DNA from: Patescibacteria group bacterium
GTDB taxonomy: Bacteria; Patescibacteriota; Minisyncoccia; Phycocordibacterales; UBA9973
NCBI GenBank assembly: GCA_028865035.1
Contig: JAGWLB010000002.1
Coordinates: forward strand, 49,531-113,530
Reading direction: 5' to 3'
DNA length: 64,000 bases
The position numbers and the translations under genes are program-made. The notes under the pieces are model-generated. The model saw nothing but the letters and a program-made list of their open reading frames with translations, ran no database searches and was not told the origin of the DNA. Position 1 is the first letter of the stretch. Every line of letters begins with the position of its first letter. Shown here in pieces: positions 9,304 through 19,253 of this stretch.

Positions 9304-10269
9304 ATGAATAATTTTTGGACAAAATTACCAAAGCCATTCTTTGTTCTGGCTCCTATGGCTGATGTTACAGACGCAGCTTTTCGTCGCGTTATATGTAAGT
9401 ATGGTAAACCTGATGTTATCTGGACTGAATTTGTTTCTGCTGATGGATTGTCTAGTCCTGGTAGAGAAGTGTTAAAGAATGATTTAATTTATACTGAAGA
9501 CGAAAGACCAATTGTCGCACAGCTATTTTCTTCAAATCCTGAAAAAATGAGAGAAGCGTCTCGGCTTTGTGCTGACTTAGGTTTTGATGGTATTGATATT
9601 AATATGGGTTGTCCTGATAGATCTATAGAAAAGCAAGGGGCTGGTGCTGCTATGATTAAAAATCAAGAATCAGCCAAAAATATTATCCAAGCAGTAAAAG
9701 ATGGCATAAGAGATGCAGGGAAAGAGATTCCAGTTTCAGTGAAGACACGTGTTGGTTATAATAAAGTTCAAATTGAAGAATGGATTCCTTTTTTACTATC
9801 TCAAGATATAGCTGTGCTTACTGTGCATGCTCGTACTCGAAAAGAAATGTCCAATGTACCAGCACGATGGAGTCACATAAAAGATATTGTTGATATTCGT
9901 AACAGAATGAATGTTAAAACAAAAATAATTGGTAATGGCGATGCTCTTAATATCAATCATGCTAGAGAGCTTGTAAAAGAAACTAGTTGCGATGGTGTGA
10001 TGCTAGGGAGAGCAATCTTTGGTAATCCTTGGCTTTTTGCGGAGAAAGAACCAAATATAGAAGAAAAATTAAAAGTTATGGTAGAGCACACGAAACTCTT
10101 CTCAAAACTTCTAGGTCAAATAAAAAATTTTGCAATTATGAAAAAGCATTTTAAAGCTTATGTGAATGGTTTTGATGGTGCAAAAGAATTAAGAGTAAAA
10201 CTTATGGAAACTAATAATGATAAGGAGGTTGAAGATATCGTTAACCAATTCATAGGGCAAGGGGAATAG
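9304..10269 (+). CDS. dus: tRNA-dihydrouridine synthase
   Basis: LAPMADVTD, IDINMGCP, VSVKTRVG, TVHART, GNGD, GRAIFGNPW. Confidence 0.95.
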   Translation: MNNFWTKLPKPFFVLAPMADVTDAAFRRVICKYGKPDVIWTEFVSADGLSSPGREVLKNDLIYTEDERPIVAQLFSSNPEKMREASRLCADLGFDGIDINMGCPDRSIEKQGAGAAMIKNQESAKNIIQAVKDGIRDAGKEIPVSVKTRVGYNKVQIEEWIPFLLSQDIAVLTVHARTRKEMSNVPARWSHIKDIVDIRNRMNVKTKIIGNGDALNINHARELVKETSCDGVMLGRAIFGNPWLFAEKEPNIEEKLKVMVEHTKLFSKLLGQIKNFAIMKKHFKAYVNGFDGAKELRVKLMETNNDKEVEDIVNQFIGQGE

Positions 10270-10329
10270 TCAATTTAAACAAATTAAATTACACTCAACC
10301 TCTTTATATCTCTGTGATATACTAAGTCT

Positions 10330-11367
10330 ATGTCAGAATTAAATATAGCATTATATAGAAAATATCGCCCAGAACGTTTCTCTGATGTGGTAGGGCAGGA
10401 TCATATAGTCAAAGCTATATCTGGCGCCCTTGCTGCTTCTAAGGTTGCCCATGCTTATCTGCTTTCGGGGCCACGTGGTACAGGCAAAACTACTATTGCT
10501 CGCATAGTTGCTCGCGAGTTAGAAACATCAGCCAATGATATCTATGAGATAGATGCAGCCTCAAACAGAGGTATAGATGAAGTTCGTAATATTCGTGAAA
10601 ATGTGAATACTATGCCTTTTGATTCCAAATACAAAGTTTATATTTTGGACGAAGTACATATGTTTACCAAAGATGCTTGGAATGCTCTTCTGAAAACTAT
10701 CGAAGAGCCACCTAAACATGTCATCTTTATCTTAGCAACAACTGAACTAGAAAAAATCCCTGAAACAATTGTTTCTCGATGTCAAACATTTATACTTAAA
10801 AAACCGACAGATATAATACTTTCACAAGTTGTAAAAAATGTTGCTTCTAAAGAAGGTTATGAATTACAAGCTGGAGGAGCAGAGCTTATAGCTGTACTTG
10901 CTGACGGAGCTTTTCGAGATGCTCTAGGTACACTTCAGAAAGTTATCTCCTATAGTAAAAGTAAAAAAATTACAAAGGAAGATATAGAAAAAGTAACAGG
11001 AGCACCAAGTACAACTTTGGTGAATGAATTCTTGGAAGCTTTAGCTTCGAATAATATAGAGAAAGGTTTCTTATCTATCAGACAAGCAAGCGAACAAGAT
11101 ATCGATATGAGTGTATATTTGAAAATGATTCTTACGAAACTTCGCTATGCCCTTATTCTTCGCTACGCACCAGCCGCCAAAGAATCAATAATCAATAGTA
11201 TTTCAGTCGAGGATTTAGAATTTATAGAAAATCTTATATCAACTAAACCTACACATATATCTTCAAATTCACTTTCCATACTGCTTGAAGCATATCAGTC
11301 ACTTAGAACTTCAGTTATAAGTGAAATACCTATAGAACTTGCGTTAGTAAGGATACTTAGCAATTAA
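10330..11367 (+). CDS. dnaX: DNA polymerase III subunit gamma/tau
   Basis: LYRKYRP, GPRGTGKTT, EIDAASN, DEVHM, SRCQ. Confidence 0.97.
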   Translation: MSELNIALYRKYRPERFSDVVGQDHIVKAISGALAASKVAHAYLLSGPRGTGKTTIARIVARELETSANDIYEIDAASNRGIDEVRNIRENVNTMPFDSKYKVYILDEVHMFTKDAWNALLKTIEEPPKHVIFILATTELEKIPETIVSRCQTFILKKPTDIILSQVVKNVASKEGYELQAGGAELIAVLADGAFRDALGTLQKVISYSKSKKITKEDIEKVTGAPSTTLVNEFLEALASNNIEKGFLSIRQASEQDIDMSVYLKMILTKLRYALILRYAPAAKESIINSISVEDLEFIENLISTKPTHISSNSLSILLEAYQSLRTSVISEIPIELALVRILSN

Positions 11368-11372
11368 GATAT

Positions 11373-12398
11373 TTAGCTTAATTTAATTTCTTTTTTATAT
11401 ATAGAGATCAGGCTATATAGCAAACTTAAAACAAGTGGTCCTATAAGGATACCCTCTGGGCCCATAAGCGAAATACCTCCTAGTATAGAGAATAGAATAA
11501 AAAATGGTGGCATCTCAGTTTTCTTAGAAATTATGAAAGGTGAGAGAAGGTCGTCTATGATTGCTACGAATCCGAGTGACCATACAAGAAGACCTATAGC
11601 TTGAACGTGCATTCCAGTGAAGAATAAGAAAAGTATTGCTGGAACGAATACTAAAGAAGTTCCAACTGTAGGCACAAAAGAAGCGATGCCTGCTGTTACT
11701 GCCCATAGTGTGGCATTGGGTACACCGAATATCATAAAGCCAATGCCAGTAAGAAATCCTTGGATAATAGCTATAATAAATGTGCCTTTAATAACTTGGT
11801 TGATAGTAGTATGAAGCTTAGAGAATATTTCATTTGTATTATTTTCTGAAATAGGCCATAACATAGAAAAACTTTTTTTCCATTCTTTTCCATTTCTTAA
11901 GAAATAAAAAATGGCTAAAATCATAAACATAAACATAATAATTGTTTGGATAGTAGCTGTGAAAAAACTTGTAGTGTTTTGAGAGATAAATGATACGATA
12001 TCCGCTGCTTTTGATTCAGTGTTTACAGACATACCTTGAGGTAAGACTTTATTTATAGAATTATCGAGAGTCTTAAAAAATGTATTATTTTGGTTACTTA
12101 CAGATGATATATAATCGTATGCATTATGTGTTTGTTTTAGCACGTTTGAGCCTATGAATAAGACTGGAGCACATAAAACAACAACAAAAAGTAATACTGT
12201 AAGGAAAGAAGCAACAGAAGAAAAACCAAAAGCAAGATGATGTTTAATCCATAAGTATACGGGGTCAAGAACAACTGCAAATGCAGCAGCCATAACAAGT
12301 ATTGTTATGAATGGATATAGAATCGCAAGCATTAGAAAAATAGTAATACCAAGCAGTGCGTAAAAAAAATACTTTTCAACTAAATGCGATGATTTCAT
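11373..12398 (-). CDS. AI-2E family transporter
   Basis: Multi-TM; 'FGVPNA.LW', 'P..G', 'GG...G..GILIGP' pattern. Confidence 0.88.
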   Translation of the reverse strand: MKSSHLVEKYFFYALLGITIFLMLAILYPFITILVMAAAFAVVLDPVYLWIKHHLAFGFSSVASFLTVLLFVVVLCAPVLFIGSNVLKQTHNAYDYISSVSNQNNTFFKTLDNSINKVLPQGMSVNTESKAADIVSFISQNTTSFFTATIQTIIMFMFMILAIFYFLRNGKEWKKSFSMLWPISENNTNEIFSKLHTTINQVIKGTFIIAIIQGFLTGIGFMIFGVPNATLWAVTAGIASFVPTVGTSLVFVPAILFLFFTGMHVQAIGLLVWSLGFVAIIDDLLSPFIISKKTEMPPFFILFSILGGISLMGPEGILIGPLVLSLLYSLISIYKKEIKLS

Positions 12399-12483
12399 AT
12401 GGGAATATTATATCATAGATAATTGCGTTATTTGTCTATTTGGTGTATTTTAAAGAGGTATTAATAGGGGATAATAAAAACAT

Positions 12484-12554
12484 TTGGGGATCGTCTAATG
12501 GTAGGACAGCGGCCTTTGAAGCCGTTAATTGGGGTTCGAATCCCTGTCCCCAAG
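12484..12554 (+). tRNA. tRNA-Gln(TTG)
   Basis: Cloverleaf, anticodon arm gcggc-ctTTGaa-gccgt, GTTCGAAT; CCA not encoded. Confidence 0.96.
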
Positions 12555-12578
12555 CAAAGTGAGCCAAGCGAGATTTGC

Positions 12579-12704
12579 TTGGGGAAGAAAGTGCATTGCA
12601 CTTTCGCCAGGGATGAGAAGACCTTGAGTGTATCGCACGTAGCAAAGCAAGTACGATACGAAAGGCGTACTGAATCTGTAGGATTCGAAACTCCCTGTCC
12701 CAAA
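12579..12704 (+). ncRNA. Structured element carrying antisense and sense copies of the tRNA-Gln 3' end
   Basis: ttgggga..caggga pairs with tccctgtcccaaa; three internal hairpins; same layout as 1071-1188. Confidence 0.6.
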
Positions 12705-12731
12705 GCCAATAATTTGTTTATAGTATTAAAT

Positions 12732-13121
12732 ATGAAAAAAGAAATAAAATTCACAGCTCTATTTGTAAAAGACATAAAAGATTTATTAAAAAGATTCCCT
12801 CCTAAGCATAAGAAAATTTTTGGACATCATTCAACGATTGAATTTCAACCAACTAGTCTAGATGGCATAGAAATAGGAAAAGAATGCAGTATAAAAATAA
12901 TAGGACGAGCTTGGGATGAATTTGGAGATGACCTTCTTGTTGAAAATTTAAAATCTAAAAATAAATACCCCCACATAACCGTGTCCCGAGCAGATAATGC
13001 TCCACCACTGTACTCAAAAATACTATTTGAAAAAACTGATATAGAATACTTTGATAATGAAGAAGTTAGGGTTATTGAAGGATATTCAGATGGGAATAAG
13101 TATATTACACAGAACCTATAG
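12732..13121 (+). CDS. 2H-phosphoesterase-like protein
   Basis: Two HxT motifs (HSTI, HITV); the ORF-track start at 12498 overlaps the tRNA and was trimmed. Confidence 0.6.
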   Translation: MKKEIKFTALFVKDIKDLLKRFPPKHKKIFGHHSTIEFQPTSLDGIEIGKECSIKIIGRAWDEFGDDLLVENLKSKNKYPHITVSRADNAPPLYSKILFEKTDIEYFDNEEVRVIEGYSDGNKYITQNL

Positions 13122-13237
13122 CTGTTCCAACTTCATCCCTGCCTGCGCAGGCAGGCCAGACTGTAAGCCAATAATTTGCTATAATATTAACTTATGGAAA
13201 AGAAAATTATTGTTATAACTTCTGGTATAATATTAAA

Positions 13238-13876
13238 ATGGAAGAACAACTCACTAATTATATTAAGGAAAAGTACAATCCATTAGCCATTGTATTACAT
13301 GGCTCACGTGCAAATGGGTACGCAAAGGAACATTCTGATTGGGACTTTTTAATTTTTACATATAAAGATGTTAACCCCGCAAGAGATATTAAATTTGGTG
13401 CAAATTTTGAAATAAAGCAAGTAATACTTCCTTTGTCTGATAATAAAATTAAGGAAGGTCTTGGTTTTTTATTTAGGACCGAAAATATAAAAATATTATA
13501 TGATAAAGATAGTATTGTTCCTGCTTTGCTTACTAAAAATGAAATAGTAATTGAAAAAGGAGACACGTTCAATGAGGTAGATAAACGTGCTCGATGTGCA
13601 TTTTTAAAATCAAGTTTAGATAGTATTGAAGATTATAAAAATAATGAGTTAATTGTTTTTTCCAAAAAGGCAATATTTTATAATAAGGTTGTGCCTACGT
13701 GGTTTAGATTTCTTCATAACGAATTCAAGCCCTCAGATTATTTAGCTCTACCTCGAATTAAAAGTGATGATCCAGAATTCTATAAATTACTTGAGGAGTT
13801 TATTGATGCAGATGCTGAGCAATCAATTCTTATTGGAAACAAAATGATCAATCATATTTTCTCAGATTTAGATTAA
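13238..13876 (+). CDS. Nucleotidyltransferase domain protein (Pol-beta/MNT-like)
   Basis: HGSRA.G....SDWD motif. Confidence 0.8.
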   Translation: MEEQLTNYIKEKYNPLAIVLHGSRANGYAKEHSDWDFLIFTYKDVNPARDIKFGANFEIKQVILPLSDNKIKEGLGFLFRTENIKILYDKDSIVPALLTKNEIVIEKGDTFNEVDKRARCAFLKSSLDSIEDYKNNELIVFSKKAIFYNKVVPTWFRFLHNEFKPSDYLALPRIKSDDPEFYKLLEEFIDADAEQSILIGNKMINHIFSDLD

Positions 13877-13966
13877 GAATTGTTTCAACTTCGCCTCAGA
13901 CGGTAAGCAAATAAAAACCACCGGAAATAAATTTGGTGGTTTAATAGAAGTTTCATTCAAATAATT

Positions 13967-14452
13967 TTAATCTTGGAATTTTTTGATTGCCTCGATTCTT
14001 ACAGAATCATCAAAAAATTCTTTTGGATTAATTATCCCGAGGTTGTCATCCACTAATTTAATATCAAGAGGTAAGACACCTGCAGTCGGAATAATTCCTC
14101 CGTTACCATCATCTGCACCAAACTTTGAAGAAATAAAATAAATAATTATTGTTTCTTCACCGCCGCATTGTTCAATCATGTAATTTACAATATTTATATC
14201 CTTGTTTGGCCATTTTTTTACCGGACCAATCATAATTATTTCAAAATTTTCAGGCTGATAAAAAAAATTACCAGGATCAGCATTTATAGGAAAATGAAAT
14301 TGTTTACCGGTCAAATCAAAATTTTTTGATTCACCATACCATTGTAACCAAACTTCATTACCATGTTTTTTTTCACGAAATAAGGTTGGTTTTTTTACAA
14401 TTTCTTTGCATGTTTGATGAACGGGCTCGCTCACTGGCTTAACTGTTTCCAT
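13967..14452 (-). CDS. Hypothetical protein
   Basis: 161-aa ORF with upstream TTGACA and downstream terminator, bounded by repeats. Confidence 0.6.
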   Translation of the reverse strand: METVKPVSEPVHQTCKEIVKKPTLFREKKHGNEVWLQWYGESKNFDLTGKQFHFPINADPGNFFYQPENFEIIMIGPVKKWPNKDINIVNYMIEQCGGEETIIIYFISSKFGADDGNGGIIPTAGVLPLDIKLVDDNLGIINPKEFFDDSVRIEAIKKFQD

Positions 14453-14582
14453 AATTTAACATTTTAATGGTTTATTTTATTGTTGGTTTTTCTTTACATT
14501 AACATTTACTACTTATTTGTCAACAATATCGTTTCAACTTCACCCCAGACGGTAAGCCAATAATTTGCTATAATACTAACTT

Positions 14583-15017
14583 ATGGAAAAGAAAATTATT
14601 GTTAGAGCTAGAGCTATTATTTTAAATAATAATAAATTACTAGTAGTAAAGCATTCACATGATTCGAGCTTCGCTGCTTTACCAGGGGGTCACCTTGAAT
14701 GGGGAGAAGATATCAAGGAATGTTTATCTAGAGAAATTGTAGAAGAACTTGGAATAAACCCTGAGATTGGAAGACTACTATATGTTAATAATTTTACAGA
14801 AAAAGATACTGAGCAATCAGTAGAATTTTTCTTTGAAGTTACAAATGGTTATGCGTATAAAGATTTTGAAAATCATACAAGAACACATGCATATGAACTT
14901 GCTGATATACTTTGGATAGAGCCTAACGATCTTGTGAACATTCTACCAAAAGAATTTGAAGAAGATTTTAAATTAGGGAAAATTATTTCTGATCAAGTAA
15001 GATATATACATTCTTAA
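14583..15017 (+). CDS. NUDIX hydrolase
   Basis: Nudix box LPGGHLEWGE...CLSREIVEELG. Confidence 0.93.
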   Translation: MEKKIIVRARAIILNNNKLLVVKHSHDSSFAALPGGHLEWGEDIKECLSREIVEELGINPEIGRLLYVNNFTEKDTEQSVEFFFEVTNGYAYKDFENHTRTHAYELADILWIEPNDLVNILPKEFEEDFKLGKIISDQVRYIHS

Positions 15018-15088
15018 ACAATAAAGATTTAAATGAAATTACTCCAGACTATAAATGAAAAAGATTTTTTCTGTTATAATATATATGT

Positions 15089-15511
15089 ATGAAATTTATT
15101 AGAATATTTCTCTTAATATTAATTATTATTGGTACAGGGCTTTTGTTGACTCAAAAAATTTGGGTTCCTAAGTTTGTAAATATTATTTTAAAAAATAATA
15201 CACAACAAGAGCAACCAATAAACGATGGAACTACTAAGATTGCTTTCCCTGAAGGCGGAGAAACTTTTATTCCTGGACAGACATATACTCTCAAGTGGTC
15301 ATACGGCCCTAATCCGCTCGATATTTTTCTTATAGATACATCTCTTAGAAAATATGGAGCGTCTGTGAGTCTTTCTGATCGAGTATACCGTATCACAAAT
15401 ACTGGTTCATATGAATATACCTTTCCTAAAAATCTTAAAGATGGCATATATCAATTTAGAATTGGAAATGTTATTAGTAATAATTTTAAAGTTACTTCAA
15501 CATTAAAATAA
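15089..15511 (+). CDS. Membrane-anchored protein with small Ig-like domain
   Basis: N-terminal TM; 'PEGGETF..GQTYTLKW...NTGSY' pattern. Confidence 0.65.
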   Translation: MKFIRIFLLILIIIGTGLLLTQKIWVPKFVNIILKNNTQQEQPINDGTTKIAFPEGGETFIPGQTYTLKWSYGPNPLDIFLIDTSLRKYGASVSLSDRVYRITNTGSYEYTFPKNLKDGIYQFRIGNVISNNFKVTSTLK

Positions 15512-15725
15512 CCTACAAAAAGTAGGTTATTGATAATTTAAATTTTAGGATTATGTTTTAACTTTATGTTTCGTATTTTTTAAAATATTTCTTTCTCTCT
15601 GAGAGAGTTTGTATTAAAGATGTTGTTAATATCCAAAATGCAATAATTGCAAGTATATAAATAATAAATACCAGAATATATAAGCCTCTCACACTAGGTC
15701 TATATATTTTGCTATAATAAACATT

Positions 15726-18185
15726 ATGGAAATAAGAAAAGTAAAAAATAAGGAAAAGGATAATCTGAAGTCACTTTCAATGGAAGATTTACAGAAAAAG
15801 ATAGATTCCTCAGTAAACGGATTAAGTCAGAATGAAGCAGAAAAAAGATTAATTACTTACGGGCGTAATGAAATAAAAGAAAAAGAAGCAAATCCTTTCC
15901 TTAAATTTCTTACATATTTTTGGGGACCCATTCCATGGATGATTGAAATAGCTGTAATTTTGTCAGCTATGGTTGCACACTGGGCTGATTTCTTTATAAT
16001 TTTACTCCTTCTTTTATCTAATGCAGTCGTTGGGTTTTGGGAAGAACATCAGGCTGGTAATGCTATAGCTGCGTTGAAAGCAAAGCTAGCTCTCACTGCT
16101 CAAGTGAAACGTGACGGTAAATGGATTACCTTAGATTCACATTTACTTGTGCCAGGAGATGTTATACACATACGTGCTGGTGATATTATTCCTTCGGATG
16201 CTCGTTTGCTTGAAGGTGATGAAATAGAAGTAGATCAATCGACTTTGACGGGGGAGTCACTACCAGTGACACGTAAATCAGGGGATGCTGTTTTTTCTGG
16301 CTCGATTCTACGACATGGTGAAATCGACGCTTTAGTATATGCCACTGGAGCTAATACTTATTTTGGTAAAACGGCTGAGTTAGTAGAAGAAGCACATACT
16401 GTTAGTCATTTCCAAAAAGCTGTGTTGAAAATCGGAAATTATCTTATATTTTTTGCTGTTATCTTGGTGGCAATAGTTGTTTTTGTTGCAATTATGCGCG
16501 GTAATCCTATTCTTACTACTTTAGAATTTTCTCTTGTACTTTTAGTAGCAGCAATTCCCGTAGCTATGCCTACAGTATTATCTGTGACAATGGCCGTTGG
16601 AGCAAAACTTTTAGCTAAAAAAGAAGCAATAGTCACAAGGCTCTCAGCGATCGAAGAGCTAGCAGGGGTAGATATTTTATGTTCAGATAAAACTGGAACT
16701 TTAACTCAAAACAAATTGACGTTAGGTGAACCATTTAGCGTTAGGGACATACCAGTCGAGCAAGTCATACTATATGGTGCCTTAGCTTCTCGCCCAGAAG
16801 ATAAAGATTCTATAGACCAAGCTGTTATCGATGGTGTAAAAGATAAGCAAGCCCTTGGAACATATAAGGTTATACACTTTCAACCATTTGATGCAATACG
16901 TAAACGTACAGAAGCTACTGTAGTTTCTGGAGATGGAAAACAATTCCAAGTAGCAATGGGTGCTTCACAAATAATCTTAGCGATGTCTGTTAATATAAAT
17001 GAAGTAAAGAATTTAGTTGATACGGCTGTTCACGATTTTGCGACGCGAGGATTTAGGTCTTTAGGTATTGCTAAAACAGACAATGATGGTAAGTGGCGTT
17101 TCGTCGGAGTACTTCCATTATTTGATCCACCACGCCCTCAGGCCAAGAAAACCATTGCAAGCGCTGAACAAATGGGTGTAAATGTAAAAATGATTACAGG
17201 AGATCAAATGGCTATAGCACAAGAAACTGCTAAGCAACTTGGATTAGGGTCAAATATCTTTGATGCCAGTGATTTAGATGACGATAAAATATCGAAAGAG
17301 TATGTAGATGCAATTGAAAAAGCAGATGGTTTTGCTCAAGTTTTTCCAGAGCATAAGTTTCATATTGTCGATATGCTACAAAAAAGAGGTCATATCGTAG
17401 GAATGACTGGAGATGGAGTAAATGACGCACCAGCACTCAAGAAAGCTGATTGCGGTATTGCTGTTTCTGGAGCAACCGATGCGGCTCGTGCGGCTGCATC
17501 TATCGTGCTTTTGACACCAGGACTTTCGTTGATAATTGATGCGATAAAGGAAAGCCGAAGAATTTTCCAGAGGATGAATAGCTATGCTATTTATCGTATT
17601 GCTGAAACTATGCGAGTTCTTTTGTTTATGACGCTCGCTATTCTTGTCTTTAATTTTTATCCGGTTACGGCTGTGATGATTGTGATGCTTGCTCTTCTAA
17701 ATGATGGCGCCATTTTATCTATTGCTTTTGATAATGTTATTTATAAAAAGAAGCCGGAGGCTTGGCAGATGCATAAAGTTTTAGGTGTTTCAACTGTTCT
17801 TGGTGTTATTGGTGTAGTATCTACTTTTGGACTTTTTTATCTAGCAGAGAAAGTATTTCACTTAGATAATGATCATATTCAAACTTTAATGTATTTAAAA
17901 CTTTCAATAGCAGGACATCTTACTATTTTTGTAACTAGGACGAGAGGTCCGTTCTGGTCGCATCGTCCAGCAAAAATTCTTTTCTTTGCTGTTTTATGTA
18001 CTCAAATAATTGCAACTTTAATAGCTGTTTATGGAGTGTTTATGACTCCTCTTGGATGGGGATGGGCGTTGTTTATATGGATATACGCAATAGTGTGGTT
18101 ATTCATCAATGACCGTGTAAAACTTTTGGCATATCGTATTTTTGACCCATTACCATCAACACCAACTATAGCCACTCAATCTTAA
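15726..18185 (+). CDS. Plasma-membrane proton-efflux P-type ATPase (P3A)
   Basis: FWGPIPWMIE, TGES, IPVAMP, CSDKTGTLT, GDGVNDAPALK, ALLND. Confidence 0.93.
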   Translation: MEIRKVKNKEKDNLKSLSMEDLQKKIDSSVNGLSQNEAEKRLITYGRNEIKEKEANPFLKFLTYFWGPIPWMIEIAVILSAMVAHWADFFIILLLLLSNAVVGFWEEHQAGNAIAALKAKLALTAQVKRDGKWITLDSHLLVPGDVIHIRAGDIIPSDARLLEGDEIEVDQSTLTGESLPVTRKSGDAVFSGSILRHGEIDALVYATGANTYFGKTAELVEEAHTVSHFQKAVLKIGNYLIFFAVILVAIVVFVAIMRGNPILTTLEFSLVLLVAAIPVAMPTVLSVTMAVGAKLLAKKEAIVTRLSAIEELAGVDILCSDKTGTLTQNKLTLGEPFSVRDIPVEQVILYGALASRPEDKDSIDQAVIDGVKDKQALGTYKVIHFQPFDAIRKRTEATVVSGDGKQFQVAMGASQIILAMSVNINEVKNLVDTAVHDFATRGFRSLGIAKTDNDGKWRFVGVLPLFDPPRPQAKKTIASAEQMGVNVKMITGDQMAIAQETAKQLGLGSNIFDASDLDDDKISKEYVDAIEKADGFAQVFPEHKFHIVDMLQKRGHIVGMTGDGVNDAPALKKADCGIAVSGATDAARAAASIVLLTPGLSLIIDAIKESRRIFQRMNSYAIYRIAETMRVLLFMTLAILVFNFYPVTAVMIVMLALLNDGAILSIAFDNVIYKKKPEAWQMHKVLGVSTVLGVIGVVSTFGLFYLAEKVFHLDNDHIQTLMYLKLSIAGHLTIFVTRTRGPFWSHRPAKILFFAVLCTQIIATLIAVYGVFMTPLGWGWALFIWIYAIVWLFINDRVKLLAYRIFDPLPSTPTIATQS

Positions 18186-18268
18186 TATGTTATTTAATGG
18201 AATAAAAATAAAAGGCTAAACACATTTAATGAATAACCTTTTGTAAAAAAATAACAAAGAACAGTTTT

Positions 18269-18592
18269 TTAATTTTCAAACGCTGTGGAAATAATAGTTA
18301 TAGGTTGTTCAGGATCCAAACTTTCCCATTTAGTAGCATTTTTATTATTTTCCTTTAGCAATTTTACCACTTGCTTTGCTTTAAAAAAATAATACACTCT
18401 GTCGTCTATCGGTTTAGCATTTTTCGTTATTGTATTACCAGTACTTTTATACCAGAATTGGGCCATTGGTGTTACTAGTATTGTTAAGCCGATTAAACTT
18501 TTAAATAATTCTTTGTATTGAATCAAGCCGTCTACGTTAATCATTTTTACATGTTTCTTTTTGCCTATTGGAAACCAGTTTACTCCTGTCAT
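18269..18592 (-). CDS. Hypothetical protein
   Basis: ORF with upstream TTGACA; start uncertain. Confidence 0.5.
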   Translation of the reverse strand: MTGVNWFPIGKKKHVKMINVDGLIQYKELFKSLIGLTILVTPMAQFWYKSTGNTITKNAKPIDDRVYYFFKAKQVVKLLKENNKNATKWESLDPEQPITIISTAFEN

Positions 18593-18710
18593 AATATTAT
18601 TTTTATTTTTAGAAATTTTATATGTATAATAACATCTATTAAACACTTGTCAATAGTATGTTTTATAAATACAACAAGCGTCCAATCATTTTTCGTGTTA
18701 AACTTAAAGC

Positions 18711-19253
18711 ATGAGGAATACTAAAACAATCATCTTGGTTTTGATATCAACTATAATAATAGGTAGCGGAGCGTACATTATTTATCATAAAAATAAAAGT
18801 GTATCGAATGTAGCTGTTACTCCTACAATAAATACTTCGGTAGTATACAAAAATAATGAATACGGATTTACTTTTTCATTACCTGATAGCTGGAGGGGGT
18901 ATACAATTGTACAGAATACTTGGCAAGGGTATCCAGTAAATGATCCTAAATCAAATGAAACTGGACCAAAGATTTTGATACGTAATCCAAATTGGACTTC
19001 AGCTGTTCACTATGAGGATATTCCAATATTAATATTTACCACAGCACAATGGGATTCATACGTAGCTGAAGATTTTGCTGTATCCGCTGCTCCTATTCCT
19101 GCAAGTAAATTAGCTAGCAACAACAAATATGTATTTGCTCTTCCTCCACGTTGGGATTATGACTTTAGTAAAGGATACGAAGAAGCAGAGAATATAATAA
19201 AAAGTAAACCTATAATTGGATTCGACATAGATAAGTTATCAGTTACGAAATAA
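18711..19253 (+). CDS. Membrane-anchored protein (PsbP-like 'Y.N..YGF.F.LP..W' start)
   Basis: N-terminal TM then YKNNEYGFTFSLPDSW. Confidence 0.65.
   Translation: MRNTKTIILVLISTIIIGSGAYIIYHKNKSVSNVAVTPTINTSVVYKNNEYGFTFSLPDSWRGYTIVQNTWQGYPVNDPKSNETGPKILIRNPNWTSAVHYEDIPILIFTTAQWDSYVAEDFAVSAAPIPASKLASNNKYVFALPPRWDYDFSKGYEEAENIIKSKPIIGFDIDKLSVTK

Larger units (their letters stand above)
13123..14557 (+). repeat. Three direct 28-bp cassette-boundary repeats (13123-13168 with an 18-bp insert, 13881-13908, 14530-14557)
   Basis: YGTTYCAACTT-N6-AGACKGTAAGC between consecutive genes. Confidence 0.85.

Noticed and set aside
12579-12704. Hammerhead or HDV-like (theta) ribozyme reading of the tRNA-tail elements
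   Set aside because: GATGAG...GAAAC is suggestive, but the CUGANGA core is absent and I could not build an HDV double pseudoknot
12436-12775. ORFs overlapping tRNA-Gln
   Set aside because: Shadow frames over RNA features
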